DNA from: Phallusia mammillata | Taxonomy: Eukaryota | DNA: 64,000 bases | Reading direction: 5' to 3' | Assembly: GCA_965637545.1 (NCBI GenBank) | Contig: OZ281497.1 | Location: 9,114,001 to 9,178,000 of the forward strand | Shown: in pieces, positions 11,601-26,600 of the stretch | Numbering within the stretch: position 1 is the first letter of the stretch | Layout: each line of letters opens with the position of its first letter | Position numbers and translations under genes: made by a program | The notes under the pieces: model-generated | The model's input: only the letters and a program-made list of their open reading frames with translations | The model's database searches: none | Told to the model about the DNA's origin: nothing

Positions 11601-14600
11601 ACAAAACCTTCAGTTTATTAAGCGCTAAAACAAATTATTGCTGCAAATGCCAAACGGGGCAACTTTGGGGATTGTGTATTGTTTGCGCGCAGTTGTATTT
11701 GAAAAACCCTGACTCAAGTATCTTACACATAGTAACGAGTTTACCTTTAACTCAATGCAGGAAACCTTACCACCCTTAATCAAGCGAGAGACCAAGGTAA
11801 GCCCGGTCGTTGCGCGGCCCCAACTACAGCACTTGGATCGTAAAAAACACAGCTGCGAACGAATTAAGATGGAAACGCACGGTTGCTTGGTAAAAGATCA
11901 TTCATAAGCGTAAGCCGGCACCAAAACTCTTCTCTGGCGACGAACCGAAGAAACTTCCCAATGTGGCCATGATTCCAGACCTGTTGATGTTTTGGAAGAG
12001 TGGGAGCACAGAATAAGGGTTTGTCTTGTAGCGAAGGGAACTTTCGCCGCCGTTTGAACCGCACCGCTTGATGTGAGCACCGTGGCATGAATGTCGCGCC
12101 ATGGTCAGGGGTCAGGCGCCATGGGTGCAAGATGCCTTGTTTGTTTTGTTTATGATCATATAAAAGCAAACCCTGAAGCTAGGACTTGTCTTATCCAATT
12201 TACAATCAGTGGAATAAGTTTCAACCGTCGTTTTTATAGTTTCGCTTTTTTGGCCAAAAAGTGTGAAAAGTAGTTTTGTTAAAGCCCGCTTTTTTATGTC
12301 ATTTATAACTAACAATGTGCAAAACACTGGCTTAACTAGCCAAAAATTTGTCACAATCATTACTTGAAAAGGAAAAGCGTTTGACATGACATTTTGCCAC
12401 TAAGAGGTGCTCTTAAGCTGAGTTTGGTTTACAAAAAAAATTTACAAAAAACTCGAAAGATTCCAAAAAAATTCTGTTCCTACCAAACGCATGCAATGCA
12501 CTTATGAGAAACACAAGATGATTTGAGATTTCATCATCCAACAAGCCTTCGTTTTGGATAAACCAATGACATTTTGGGGCCCAGCTCATATTTCACAAGC
12601 GAGAGATTTTTTCCTCTGGTTAATTCGTTCTTGGAAAGTATCAATTTTTCCATTGCGAATTGATATTGTCGCAACGTGGCTTTGATATGGGATTGTGACT
12701 AAATTTAGTAGCAGTGTTCGATCAGTTATCTTTTGACCAAAGGACGCTACCTGGCCTCTATAAAAACACAAGCGCACGCGTACGAACGTTTAAAGCGTCA
12801 TATAGGCACGCGAAAATATTGTGATAGCATTATAACCGAGATATTTGCCCACGAAGTGTTCAACCCTCGAGACCATATTCAGACCATTTCCGATCTCAGA
12901 ATTAAAAACACGTTGTTAAATTTGAAAAATCAGCATTTTAGAGTTAAAAAATAACATTTGTAGCCAATGAGAAATGAAACTTTTCCCGCAAACTTAAAAA
13001 CCATTCACTTTTTTTCGTTAATTGCACATTTGTATCATATAATCGTGTCATCCTTAAATAGTAAATCAAGTCTAAAAATTACTTTTGGTTTTGTTTAATC
13101 AGCTTTCCTAAACATGCGTGGTATTACCCTGATGAAGGCGACTCAAAACATGACGTTGAAACGTCGATACGCACAAAATATTTGCCTGAAGAGCATTAGC
13201 TTTCCCAAATTTTCGGTTCTCCTGAAACAACTTTTGGCAACAAAGATGAAAAACATATGATTAAACATTTAGTTGTGTAGCAATTTAAAGGACTGAAACT
13301 ATGGGTCCAATTCTTCGAATACTGGCTATTGTTTGATAAGAGAGAGCTTAGCAAAATCATTTCGGCAATAATTTGTAAGTGATAATGTGCATTTGCGGCA
13401 CTTTTCTTCCCATCGGTGGCGAATCGTTTGTTGAGGTCTCGTTTTCCGGCTTTTTACGTTAAAAGATCGAATCGCGTCTTGTTGAGAAAATCGTGCTTTG
13501 ATCAAATGAAACAGACAAATAGGATTTCAGGTGAAACATTTATTTTCGGATGTTTTTAAAATAACTAACAACATTTTGTAAATTTTCTTTAGACCTTCAT
13601 TATTTGAAGCATTTCGTTTTTGCAAACTTAACTTGTACCATCGTCAGAACTACTCACTACAAGGATTGTAAAGAAATGGAAAAATACGTATTTTCAATGA
13701 ATAACATTTCCAACGTATCCAAGCAGTTATGTAATTTTAAAATCGTCCTGAAAAGTTTGCGGTCACGCGGGCACAATTGTGTATTATCGAGACTTGTAAA
13801 AACACATCAAAACCGCAAGTGACGCAAACCGGGAGACCGCGAGAAATTTAGCGGGAAATCCGGGCGCGAAACGCGGCGAACGCCGGACAGTCTTTCAGGG
13901 AAGAAACTGACTTAATTTCTGGTCCGAAGAGCGGCCGAACTCGTCATCGATAATGATAGGAAGCGACACGGGGAACCTTGTCACGCAATCGGCCCGAAGC
14001 TTCGCGAACTCGAGCGAGGTCGTCGCAACGCTACAGTGCCCGTCACGCTCCCTGGTCACCGGTCACGTGGCAAAGGCACTCGCAACTTCGGGTTGTCAAG
14101 ACGACATTCTTTCTCTAAAAATAACCGCGACCACTCGTCAGTGAGCCGTTCCTCCCCCACCTGAGGCCGCCGACACTTATCTTTCGCCGGGTGGGGGGAG
14201 GGGGGCTGGCGGGCAAGGCTACGCGCTTCACTGCGCCTTTTAGAGCGCCGAGGGCTGGTTTTTCCTGTCGCTTAAGCACTGGTCATTGCCGCCGTACACA
14301 GGAGAAAGACAAGGGAAAGAAAAAAGCGGGGAATAAAGAGAGACACACAGAGAGGGGGGTTACTGCGCCGCGAAGGAAATATGCAAGATATTTGAGGTGC
14401 ATGCACAACGCGGTGCACAGTGATGCGGCACTTTGTAAGGACTCGTGAACTCGGACCAGTTCATTTTGACGTCAGACATTCCTGGGCCGAGGCGTCCACC
14501 TTGAAAGCGGAGACAAGTGGTCATTGCCGAAAATGGGCCGCGCAATTTCGGTATTACGGTCGGCGTTAGGTTCCAAGACAAGCAAAGAGTTTGGTTCGTC

Positions 14601-17600
14601 TTTTGTACGCGAAACGCCAAAATTGGGGGATTACATCGTCGTTGCACCTGGATGCTTCGGTATTATGTTCCCCATCGCATTTTTTGCTAACCGACCAATA
14701 CGGGAATTATTTCGCGAAAGTTCAGGCGTTTTGTTCACCGTATCCACAGCCAAATAGCTAATTTAGTACATCACCCGCCATTTTGATTGCTTCCAACAAT
14801 TGTTGGATTTGTTAAGCTCGCTTACCGCTTAACAAAGGCTTGTTGTGCTCGTTAGTTAACCATTTATCCGATAATACAATCTGTCGCTACAGCAATCCAT
14901 ATATAACTTACACATAAAAGGCTTGGGGGCTTTCTACATTCATTACCTATTTAAGGCTAGGTTTATTCAAAATCATTCACTGAAAAGAGTTCGAATGAGT
15001 TGAAAACCCTATTCATGACAATTTAAACTTGTTTGATTAATATTTTGGTTTAGCTGATTTCAATGCACTTGTTGTAATCAGAAAATTTTGCAGTTTCACC
15101 AGACAATACTCTCCGTGTAAAAAGACTAAACGTCGTTATGTTTTACAGGAATTTACTGGCTCTGATATTTTTGTTTAGATAAAAAAGAATAAGCTTTGGA
15201 AATTCAATTCATTTTGTGCAACATACCTTAACGATACCAATAAACGAATATACATTAGTTCCCATTTGACCCATGTTAATTTAAACTTAGAATTGATCTA
15301 AGTAACACAATAACTGCATTATTCCAATTTATATTTAATGTGAAAGTTGGATGCTTTTGTGACCCAATTTAATTGACACATACAACTTTTTTCAACCGGC
15401 TCTCCTTACCAAGCCGTATGAACGACCTGTCTATCGTGTTCGCAATTATCTAATGAAGACTTGGCAAAAATCGGACAACGGGCAAAGTGGTGGTGGCGGT
15501 TGCGGTTTGAGAAGAACACCCAAGGTGCAAAAAGTAATTAATTTCGTTCGGCGGTTCAGAACAATTAATACTGGTAACGGAAACTTTAAAATTGAGTCTT
15601 TGGCTGATACGACTTTTTCAGGCATGTAAATTGGGACAATAACCTCACCTTGATCCATGGCATGACATCAATCTGACTTCCTGATCCGATGACTTTGCCG
15701 AATTCCCGATTGAGACTTACGAGGTCTTGAAACTCCTGAGGACAAAATGAAATACATTTAGTCTTTTTAAGCAACGTGTAAACTTTTGCCTAAAAGTAAA
15801 AGTAAAGGTACATGACATCAAAATTTTATTAGGGTTGGGGCCAAAGCACACGGAGACCACATAAACAATAATTTCCAACGTTTTGTACAAGCAAAAAAAA
15901 TTCCATGCTTGGCCTAACCTACAGGAAACACCTGTTAAGCGTGCAAAGCCGTGTACTTTGGCATTTATAGGAGAAAAAAATCATAGACGACCGTTTTTCT
16001 CCCAAGGTTTTTATCACAAAACGGTTAGCGGTGCCAACGGGTCACATGACAATTAGATCGATGATGATGATCGATATATCGGATTATCGTTGCATGATCG
16101 CAGGACAATAGCTGGTAACGAGCAAGATAATAATAAATCGCAGAATACCGACTATGCTTTCAGGCAATATCTTACAGATTTTTGCACACTTTCATACCGC
16201 TTGAAGGTAACCTAATTTAGCTTTACATCTATAAACAAAATTTTTGCTTATCTTTTTGCTGCTGATATAAACAAACTGAACATGTGAACGAAAGAGAAAG
16301 TAACTATATCGAAAGAAGTCAGCGTTACCTATTGCTTCGAAGCATCATATTGCCAATTGGAATTCGCTCTTTTACCTTTTGGTCGCAACCGGGCCCAATG
16401 TACCACATACCATCAACAAACCCTTTGCAAACGCAAACATAGAATTCCAAAAAAAGGACGAGCAAGTTTATGGACACAAAGGCCAACGCCTCGAAATTGT
16501 TTTCTTTCGACACAACCGCGGCGTTAGCGAACGGAGAGAGTCGCTTCGCTTCTATGGAAAGCATGCCATACCTTCCTAAACAGACGCCATGGCGCATGGA
16601 ATCACACCCTTCTTGTTTAAGACGCCACAACACCGACTTGTATGCTTTGGCGAACGAAAAGCAGGAGTCAGTATGACGGATTAGGATATTTACAAGCAAA
16701 ATGATTAGCCCCGAAAATTCGGTGGCAGCTTTAGATGATGCAGAACCCGGATGGGCCCGATTTGAAAACGGAAGTCACGCTGTTTCTTTGTGACGTCACA
16801 GAAGAATGGACGCGTCCGAAGGAATGAAAGCAAATGTTACGTAACGGCAAAATGAACTCGCGGGGTCACGGCGTTAGTCTGGATCAGGGGTCGACAACTT
16901 GTGGCTCTTTCAAGTGACTTGCGCGGCCCCAAACACTGAACGAAATACCCTTACGAGGAATAAAAAAATTGTATAGAGCCTTATATACTAAAGGCTTTTG
17001 ATTTTGTGTTATGGAGATCATTTTTTGGCAAAGCGCCTTAAACATTTGGCTCCTTAGCTTTAAAAAAATGCAAATTAAACTAAGATTGAATGGAGTAGGC
17101 TGTATCTAACCCTCTGCCAGGCAACATGCTCAACGACGATTGCTGCATATGAAAAGATTCTGTTTGATTAAGGAACTGACGACAGTTTTGACATAGACTG
17201 ATTTGTTTTTTGAGATAGGTATTTATATGTAGCGAAATATTTATCAGTCGTAAACCAATCTATGCGGAAAAAACTTCAACACAATACCAAACCTTTTAAA
17301 TAAATCGTTGAAAATTGATGATCTGCCCACTGACATTGGTCTCTGCGCGTGCGAGATACTAACCGCAAACGCGCGACCTAAAGGATGCTAGGCCTGAAAT
17401 TATACAACCGCCGCGATACCAATTACCCAATCCCGATACATTGATCTATAGGATGATGATTCAACAACTCCAACAGGATTGGATTCGAATTTTTCATGGT
17501 AACTTTCACGTATTTTGGAAATTTCTCGCGATTACTGCTGCATTGACGCAAATGCATGAATTCGCGTGTGAAAGAAACAATGGTCGCAAATTAGGTAATT

Positions 17601-20600
17601 TTTTGTGCAAACCGCTATTGCTTCCATTGTGCGACATTTTTAATATTTCCCGTACCATTGCTGATATTTTTTTTAACTCATCTGTTTTCTTTTTGTGGCT
17701 GAGTTGGAAAAATCAACTTGGATATTCTTGCGCGATTTTAACAATTCCATCTAATTTTAAACATTCAAAATGAGCATATGTTTGAAAATTTATATTGTTA
17801 GCTTCTATTTGAATACGAACTCTTTTTACTATTGTATTTTGGACTGCAGGCAGCACCAAGAGGCCAAGTGAGAAATTGGGTTTGTTTTAAGTGCCTTTCG
17901 GAACAAGAGAAAACGAATCTCTAAAACGACATACATGTAATTAACTCTAAGTGCATTACAATAATTTTAAGGCTTAACCACATTCACGCGAAATAGTTTG
18001 TTCTGCAACCTTCAATCTCGAGAATAAAATCTCAAACAAGTTGCAAACGATTTCGAAACAATGAATACGCGGTTCGTGTTCTCTGCACGCGAGCTTGCTT
18101 TTAGAGTGGATAGCACTTGAAATTTGAGACCTGTTCCTGTTTCTGCACCTCGCTTTTTCACAACAGAAACCGTAACTACTGGGTCGATGAGGTCTCAGAA
18201 CGCTTGGCTTGCATTTTTTTCCGGAAACACTGAACTTTATGTTGCATGTGCAAGCTAGACACTTAACTGTGAGGGTTAGTATTGATATTGGATGTGTTTA
18301 TAGAAAAAAATCAAACTAAACGGTAGTAATGCTCAAAGGGTTCACTGGCTATATGCAAATTGCATGTGATACACAAAAGGAAAATATATTTAGGTTTTTG
18401 ACCCTACTAGTCAAACCCATGCACAAACAGGAGTAAAATTGTTTATACTCAACCCGCTTTAAATGCTCATATATGGTGTATAAAACCTTTCAAAATGCAA
18501 TTTTTTTTTACCAAAGCCAGCTTTAGCCCGAAAAAATACAATATGTTGCCCTTTTTGATACTTTTTAGAACTGATCCAAATACAACTATAGCAGCTTGGT
18601 GTTTTTAAACGTGATCTGCCTAAGAAATCAGTTGCATTTGCCTGCACAAATTATGCACACGACTAAAACATGTTGTTTAAAAGCCAGATGTGTCCAAACG
18701 GAAGCGAATTCCACGGGGTATGTTGCGATGCCCAAGCAGACAAGGTGTCTCTATACAACTCCTCACGACGATTAATCACGACCCAAACAAAACGAGCAGT
18801 TATTTGCCACTGCAATCGGGTGATAATAGATTGCAAGGATAACATATAGATCGTTCGGTACCGAGGTGTCACGTTTCTACCTAGCGTTTACCAAGCCGTC
18901 CAGCTCCCGAGAAGCAGCGGTTTTTAAACGTGTTGCCACTGTTTGTTTTTACGGAGGGAAGCATGAGAACGCAGAACTGGATTAGGAACTTGCGAATTAC
19001 ATAATGGTTTTTGGCGACAAGCTATTCCAGTCTGAAATGCTCTTATTAACCTGCTGCTTGGTGTTTCCTCCCATAAGCTTTGCAGAGAGCAAATATCATG
19101 GTACAAAAAATTGCCTATACCACTATGGTTGCAAACACTGTAAATTACGTTTGACTTTGCGCTGATGATAATGTATAATAACAACAGTAGCGTTTTTGGA
19201 GCGTTTACAATCAAAATTATTGAATACATAAAATGTATTTGACAGATTCATTTCTGACTAATGTACTTACACAAACTGCGGGAATAGTGCACTGGAATAG
19301 AGTTTTGAAAGTATAACGCTAAAATTCATGTATACTAGTTCATGACAAAAGCGAGGATTATGGGTTTTTCGTTTAGTGTCTGAGAAAATCCTGCACTTTA
19401 AGTGGGAATTCCAATGCGATCAACTTAACAAAACAACGACAAATAATGTTGCCTTTATCCTCACGAAGTAAAAAAGTTTAAGCAGAGACCATATCACGTC
19501 TAAAGGGAATTTCCATGCGTCAAAAAACGTCAGAAGCAATGAATACTCCCAAATCGTTGGGGTTTGTTTGAAAAGGAAACAGTTTTGACAAACGTCAACT
19601 AGGGCAAGAGGCGTGTTACCTCGCTATAAAGATAATAATGAAGTGCCGATGAGATAATATTGACAGAATATGACAGCTTTTCGTGTGATATGTCAATGCC
19701 TAAATCGATTGAGCATTTGACGTGTGATTCGCTCCTATTGACGCGGACGTTACACTGTTATGTTAAGTCTGCTGAATTTTTGCATCATTTTGCTCAGACC
19801 TGATCGACTACTTTACTTTATGTTTGTCTGTGAAATTATGTTAATTACTGCCTAAAACCTATTCTGCTTAACATTACACTAGGTATTAGTTCATATTGAT
19901 TTGGTATGAAACAGTAACTCATGCTGTATAAAAAACGATTTCAGGCGTCCATACTGCCCAGTACACTACATGGGATTCGAACCCATTGCGCGTGATCAAT
20001 CGCTGTAAGGCGAGAAGAGCAGATTTTGCGTCAACGTATAAGCATTTCCGTATTAACCAGCATCTTTAAACCACAAAAGAGCAATCACATAAGTCTGAAG
20101 GATGAATATCACACACCTAACTGGCAATCGCCGACGGCCTATTAAAACGCTAGGATTCTGGGAAAACGGGCTTTGGTGTGCCAATTAGTATCAGGAGGCT
20201 TGCACGCGATCTCAAAGGCTTCGGTTTTGGCGCGCGACATTTGTGGGTGCGAAGGTGGTTTGTTGGATTGAGATTGTCGACTTTATGTGACTTGTTGTCT
20301 GGCAATGTTATAAACCCGGATATTCAATTCAACTGATTTATAGACGTTTATGGCGTTAAAATGTCTATGTGATATTATATGGCAAAGTGCATACGTTTTG
20401 TGGTGTAAAAATTCAGTGAAATACGGCTAAACAAATGTACTACTTCTGTGTTTACAACTTATCTAATCGCAACACGGTTTGGTATTTAAACCATTGCATT
20501 GAAACTAACTCAAAAGAAAACACAAAACACTGCTGTAAGAGATATTTTCTTAACGTTAAACCAGGCGGGGGCATTTTTTAAACTCTTTTCGTTCACGTGG

Positions 20601-23600
20601 TCACTTAGCAAAAGACAGGACACAAATGGAAACTTCAAATGGAGTCACGAAAATTGTCACGCATGCAACCAAGCCATCCGCTTTTGGCAACGTTTGCTTA
20701 TCGACGTCCTTTCCAAGTCTATTTCTGTCATGAAATGTTGGTTCGTGCCCAGGTCAAATCACAACACGCTCGTGGCCGCCTGCATACATCAGAATGGGAA
20801 ACGGGGAAATAGGGAAACGCGTGTTACTGAACAGATTGGTCGTCGAATCGCGTGACACACTGGAATTATAACAGCCGACAGACACACGCTACTGGTTCAT
20901 GCAAAGTGCGACCCAATAACTGTATTGATTTGTTGCTTTACCTTCAGGGAAGCTATGTTAATATTAACGGTTATTGCAGCACACTTAAGAACTATCATCA
21001 CATGGTTACAGTGACCTACTTAAAGGGAATTGAATGCATATAATCATCTTCTAAAACGAAAGCGTGTTTAGGGCTCAGAGTTTTTATTTTTACGTTGAAA
21101 ATGGTTTTAGGCAATTCACATCACAAGCATAAGCTTTGATAAACATCCTTTAAAGTTTAAACCATCTGTTTTTGAGGCGATATGTCTGTATTTTGCATTA
21201 CGTGCTCATTACGTGCTTATTTCAAACTCGGTTTAAAGAGAAATCTGGATTTATCGCGTACCTAACACGAGATAGCAAACAATATTTCAAATACCCTGTC
21301 GTCAAACAGGTCGGTATGTCAAAACCAATTTACACAATGTACGGTCGTTGAGTTAATGACCCGAACGCAAACACAAGGGAAGGGGTGGTGTAATTACAAC
21401 CACTCAACAAGGCTCTTCGCACGCAAAAGCATTGATTTTTATTCCTGTATCAACTAACCGATTTTGCCATTCGAAGTATTCACAAAATTGCTGAGTCACA
21501 TGACTGTGGACTAAAATATTTCACAAATAAGTGTTACAAAAGTTAGCAATTACACAATACAGAAAAACGGTTCGTTGGTACTACATTGGCGCAAAGTGTA
21601 TTAAATAAATAAAACAACAATAATTTTAAACATGGTTTCAAATATCCCTTTGTGTGGGGACGTAGACCCGCAGTGCATTCCCTTGGGCCTAAAAGTGTAT
21701 ACACATGGGGACAGTGCCATGGGTTCCGGCGACTGGGATTATTGTTAGCACCCTACACATCTGCGGTATTTTCTCACTGGTGGGTCTGGCGGGTGGGGTT
21801 ATGGACTCCCATGTTGAAGCGTGCCCGCAGTAATTTGATGCAAACATTTAATGGTTGACTAATATCACAAAGAATGCAATGGAAGAAATTAAAAAATTCA
21901 CATTTTACTTATTTTACCGCCTTTATCAATATCGCTATTAGAATTTTGTTCCTTTAATTCTACGTACATTTAGAGGGCAATTGAACTTAAATCAGTCAAC
22001 TGTACGTTTATCAGCTGAATAATGCTAAAAAATAATTTTAGCTTGGAAAACGAAAGAGTTTAAGTCCATCTTTTGTGAAGAACATTAAGCACGTTGCTGT
22101 CCTGAAATTCCAACACAAAATTCCAACAACACTTCCCAGAATTTTCATGGCAAAATGCAAATAATTACACACTCAAATTGCCATGTTTTTTTTGTTACAA
22201 CAGAGGCTATACACAGGGCATCGAAGTCAACCAGAACGCGTGTACGTGAAAGCGATAAGTAGATGGAAAAACCCATGCCGCCGCTGCAAATTGAATATGC
22301 AGTGCATTGCCAGCTGAGGCCGGCTATTAGCGTCAAGCGAGGTCGCAGAGTTGAAGAGGGCGGTCGGAGTGCGTTAACCAGCTTCTGAGAATTAGACCGC
22401 AAACTATAGCAGCGAATTTTGACCGAAATCGCACGCAATGTGACCTCTTGAAACAGTGTTTCCCAAAATATTTTATTAGTGACCAAACCAAATTTTCAAA
22501 AAAAAAATTGGTAGCTTATAAACAAACGAATGTGCTTAAAATAGGTAAGAAATGACAACAATGCAAATTTGTTAAAAATTGCTCTGTGCCCCCCATATAA
22601 ATGACATCGTGACCAAATGCTGAGACATGAACCATAGATTGAAAACCGCCATCTTAAAACGACTAAAAATCATAAAACAGCATAAAAATGGGGTCATAAC
22701 CTTAAATATCTACAATAGCATTTTACAGTGTGAATTGAAATTCTAGGAATTACTCCGGCATAGCATGCTAATTTAAATGTTAACTATTTTGGGCAAGATT
22801 CCAGTCAACGCAACATAACGCAACAGGCAGTCGTTTCGGACATCACGAAAGGCAATATGCAGAACACAACAGAAAATTAGCACTAATAGTAGCAGCGACC
22901 CTTGCATCAACCCATTGAGAACGTGGAGCGGGTGATTACGACATAATTAGGCACGCGTTCCGGATTTCCATACTGAACAAGTGGAAACCATAAAGTGGGC
23001 GGGGCAGGGCGGGTCGGCGCGACATGACGTTTGCATTTTCGAAAGGGTGTCGTTGTGCTTCAAAACTTCAGCACACAAAATTTAGGCCTCGGCTTTATAT
23101 AAGCAACACAAAAAGCTTTTTTGGTTACCTATGCTATAGATTTTAGAGCCAAACTGAGTTACATAATTCTGTTATTAACGTGCCAAGTTTTAGGTTTAAC
23201 ACGATTTTTTAACCTTTCCAGAGTAATGGATCGTAAAACGTAAATTTTAATTTCGAAAGTTTGCCCTTTAGGGTTAAGCCACTAGACGCTGCCGTAAAAA
23301 GGGAGCTTGATGGCAAACGTAACTTCCAAAAAAAACGTATAATTGTTTGGGCAAATATTATTCAAAATGACTTTTTACAAGCTTACTTAAATGAGCAATG
23401 ATAAAGCCCGAACTAGGGATCCAATCGTTTAACCGGTTTACCCAGCAGAATAACAATAACAAAACACGGCGCACCACACGAGTACCGACGCGCAATCTCT
23501 CACCTTGTGTTCACCACCGAAATCATCTGCGGTTCTCGCGGGGATTCCCCGTCGGCGAATACCTCCGGCGCGTGTGTCAACAACAGGCGGCGTGCGCAAT

Positions 23601-26600
23601 GTCAACAACCGCACCACGCTTGCGTAAATAATCGGCTTAGAGGGCCCGGGCCATTGTTTCCGCGCGGCCTGCGGCCACGGTGGCCCGCCTGGGCGAACGG
23701 AATGATTGCGGCGCCATCTGCTTTGTGCAATCGAATCTTGTTGCGCGTGTGATAAATAAACAATGCCTTCCCGCTGCCTGATCAGGTGATTTCTGCTGGC
23801 AGTGATGATTTAACCACAAAATGTGAGCAGGCTTTACTAGACACCCTGGCGAAATTTCTTGAGAAATATTTTGCACATTTTCCTTTAAAACAATTTCATG
23901 CACTTTTCTTTAAATTTAATTTTTATTGATTTTGTTACATAAGTCTGTTTTCGAAGTTGGAGTTTTTTCTCTTAAATGAAGTGATAGCCACGCCAAAGCT
24001 TCTCGGCCACGAACCGTAGGATATCACTTGATATGGCGTGCCGCTTTTAAACGTAAGCACATGTACTTACGTTCGTCAACCTCGAACTTAAAGTGGCCAC
24101 TTAGAGGTCACCAAGCCGCGCCTTATCAAGTTGTACGAAGATATAGCGCAATAATAAAGTACTTTGGATAAAATACTTTGCAAGTTATAAATTTTAAAAC
24201 ATCAGTCGTTTTTGTTCTGAAAAACGTATAGCAAAAGATTAGCAATACCAGACCAAGATGTATAATTTGTATTCGTTAAAAGGGAACATGGGTTTAACGT
24301 GGGAACATTTTACAAAATTGACAAAAACCTTTGTACTTTACCAAGAATAAAAAACAAACGTTAAAAACTCAATCATAGAAACCACTTATAGACCACAAAA
24401 GTGAGCCCCTATAGACCACAATGGATACAGGCGGTGCAAGGTTACGTGAGAGAGAACGAGATGAAAAGACCATCGCGTGAGAAGGCGAATGGCTACCGTC
24501 AGCTGTCCAGCAGCGTCCAAATGAACTCGTAAGAGGTCATGTCCAACCAATGGTCACCATAGTTGCAGCATTATAACCAAACCATTTTGCTAAAGAGAAT
24601 TTATGCAGAACATAAACACTATTTTGATGTTTTTGAACATAAACACTTTTTTGATGTTTTTGATGCAGCCACTTTTTGTTTATTCTTTCAAATTCTGAAC
24701 ATTAAATATTCTATTCGAATAAGGAACCGATAATGCCTGAGGTTTTTTCACCCGTTTGAAAGGTAACGTGAACTAATTTAAATGACTTTAGAGTTCCATG
24801 TAGTTGTATACGAGTATGTTGTGCAACAAATACCCGCAAGCCACGATAAACCAGAGTTCTAAGGCACGGCACGCTATTGGCTAGGCGTAAATCAGTATCT
24901 AAACCACCTCCAACCACGAGACGAATTCGTTCCAGTTTCCACACGCGACTGAGACACAAAACCGCGTTTGGGAGACAGAAAAAGGGTGATATCTTTACTG
25001 ACTTGACTCGACCGGTTTAACAAAAGGAGAAAATTAACATAAAGAGACACCGCTGTACTTCTGAAACATTCCGTTTTGGGTGGGTGTCAAAGGTTGCCTG
25101 TTTTAGACGTGCTTAAATTACTAGCCAATGCATAAACCGCAGTGTAGTTTTATTTATTTCACCCATTTGAACACTTCAATTAAGCATTTACCCTTGATTG
25201 CAGGAAAGCGTTTTGCCAGATCTAGCCTGGAAAATCATGTACGTTTAAATTCAAAGTAGGCTTATGCAACAAAATAATACGCTATAATAGTGTGTACAAC
25301 ATCAACCAATTGACTACGTCGAACAACGACACCGAAAAAAAATGGACTGGTTCATAGCCAAACCTGTCGCATACACAAGGGTTTAAATCGCCAACCTATA
25401 CGCGGCAAAATTGATTGATGGTCTTCTCGTGCTATAGAGTAAAGCCCTTCGCACGCACACGTAGGGAAAGTAATACAAGGACGAAACAATAGTAAACATA
25501 GGGAAATCGTCTGCTGCCGTGCGGGCCGGGTATTAAACGGGTAATTTATGCCCGCATCGCTCGTATTAATAATTAACGAGGACGGTCAAGAAGCTCGTAA
25601 CACGACACATCGCGTGCGACTTGAATCTCATTTTCATTCGTATTCGCACGCAAGTGCATGTGAAGCCATGATGCCAGCAGTTTTGGGGACAGTATTCAAA
25701 TAGCCAGACGTCTGTTTGATCCAGTATTTATAAGTATAATATTCACTTTACGTGCATACATTAAAACTTAGTGTGAATGAATACAAAGTATTTTAGTACG
25801 TTTATTGGCATGTGTTTGTACACATTGTGGGCAACGGTAAAACGATACACGAAATTTGACGGCTTACAATAAGGGCTTTGTGTTTTCAATGTACGTATAA
25901 ACTGCTATGGAATCACGTGACAAAAATCATTAGAAATCAGTATAAAATCTTTAAGCCTTGCCATTTTATATAATTTATTCAAAGGCACGAACAAATAATC
26001 CTAGATTTATTTCTCCACGCAAGCTTTCATGTCCACTGTGTACAAGAACAAATTAGGGTAAAGGGAATTTATGGCTCCTTTCAACAGTGAACTCAAATTT
26101 ATAGCGATGGAATTCGTTACGCAAGTATAACCCCAGTGTCCTCGGCGAGTAAACATTCCAAAACTCAAATAAGGTGTGCAAACACTCATTAAGTTTAGTG
26201 CTTCAAGTGCTTACCATATTGACCTCCGACTATAGGTGAACCTTGATTGATTCAAGTTTCAAAGTTAATGAAATAAAACCCTGTCGCAACATTATAACTT
26301 GTACATATTTCGTATGTTTGTAAAAGGGATTCATAAAGCCGGGGAATAACTTTAAATGTCAAATTTACAAATAAACCTATTTTTAAACGTTCATTAGAAG
26401 GAGATTTTCCATGGCAAATTTTAACGAATTTGTGGACAAAATAGATAATGGAACAAGCAATAGACAAAACAAAAGGAAAAAGAAGATAAACATTGATAAA
26501 TTAACAACAAAAACTTAAGCATTTGGAGAAAATTTGCGATTACATCGCATAGAGATACCTTGTACTGTGATTTTAAGCAGGCAAAGGGCACGAACCATGA

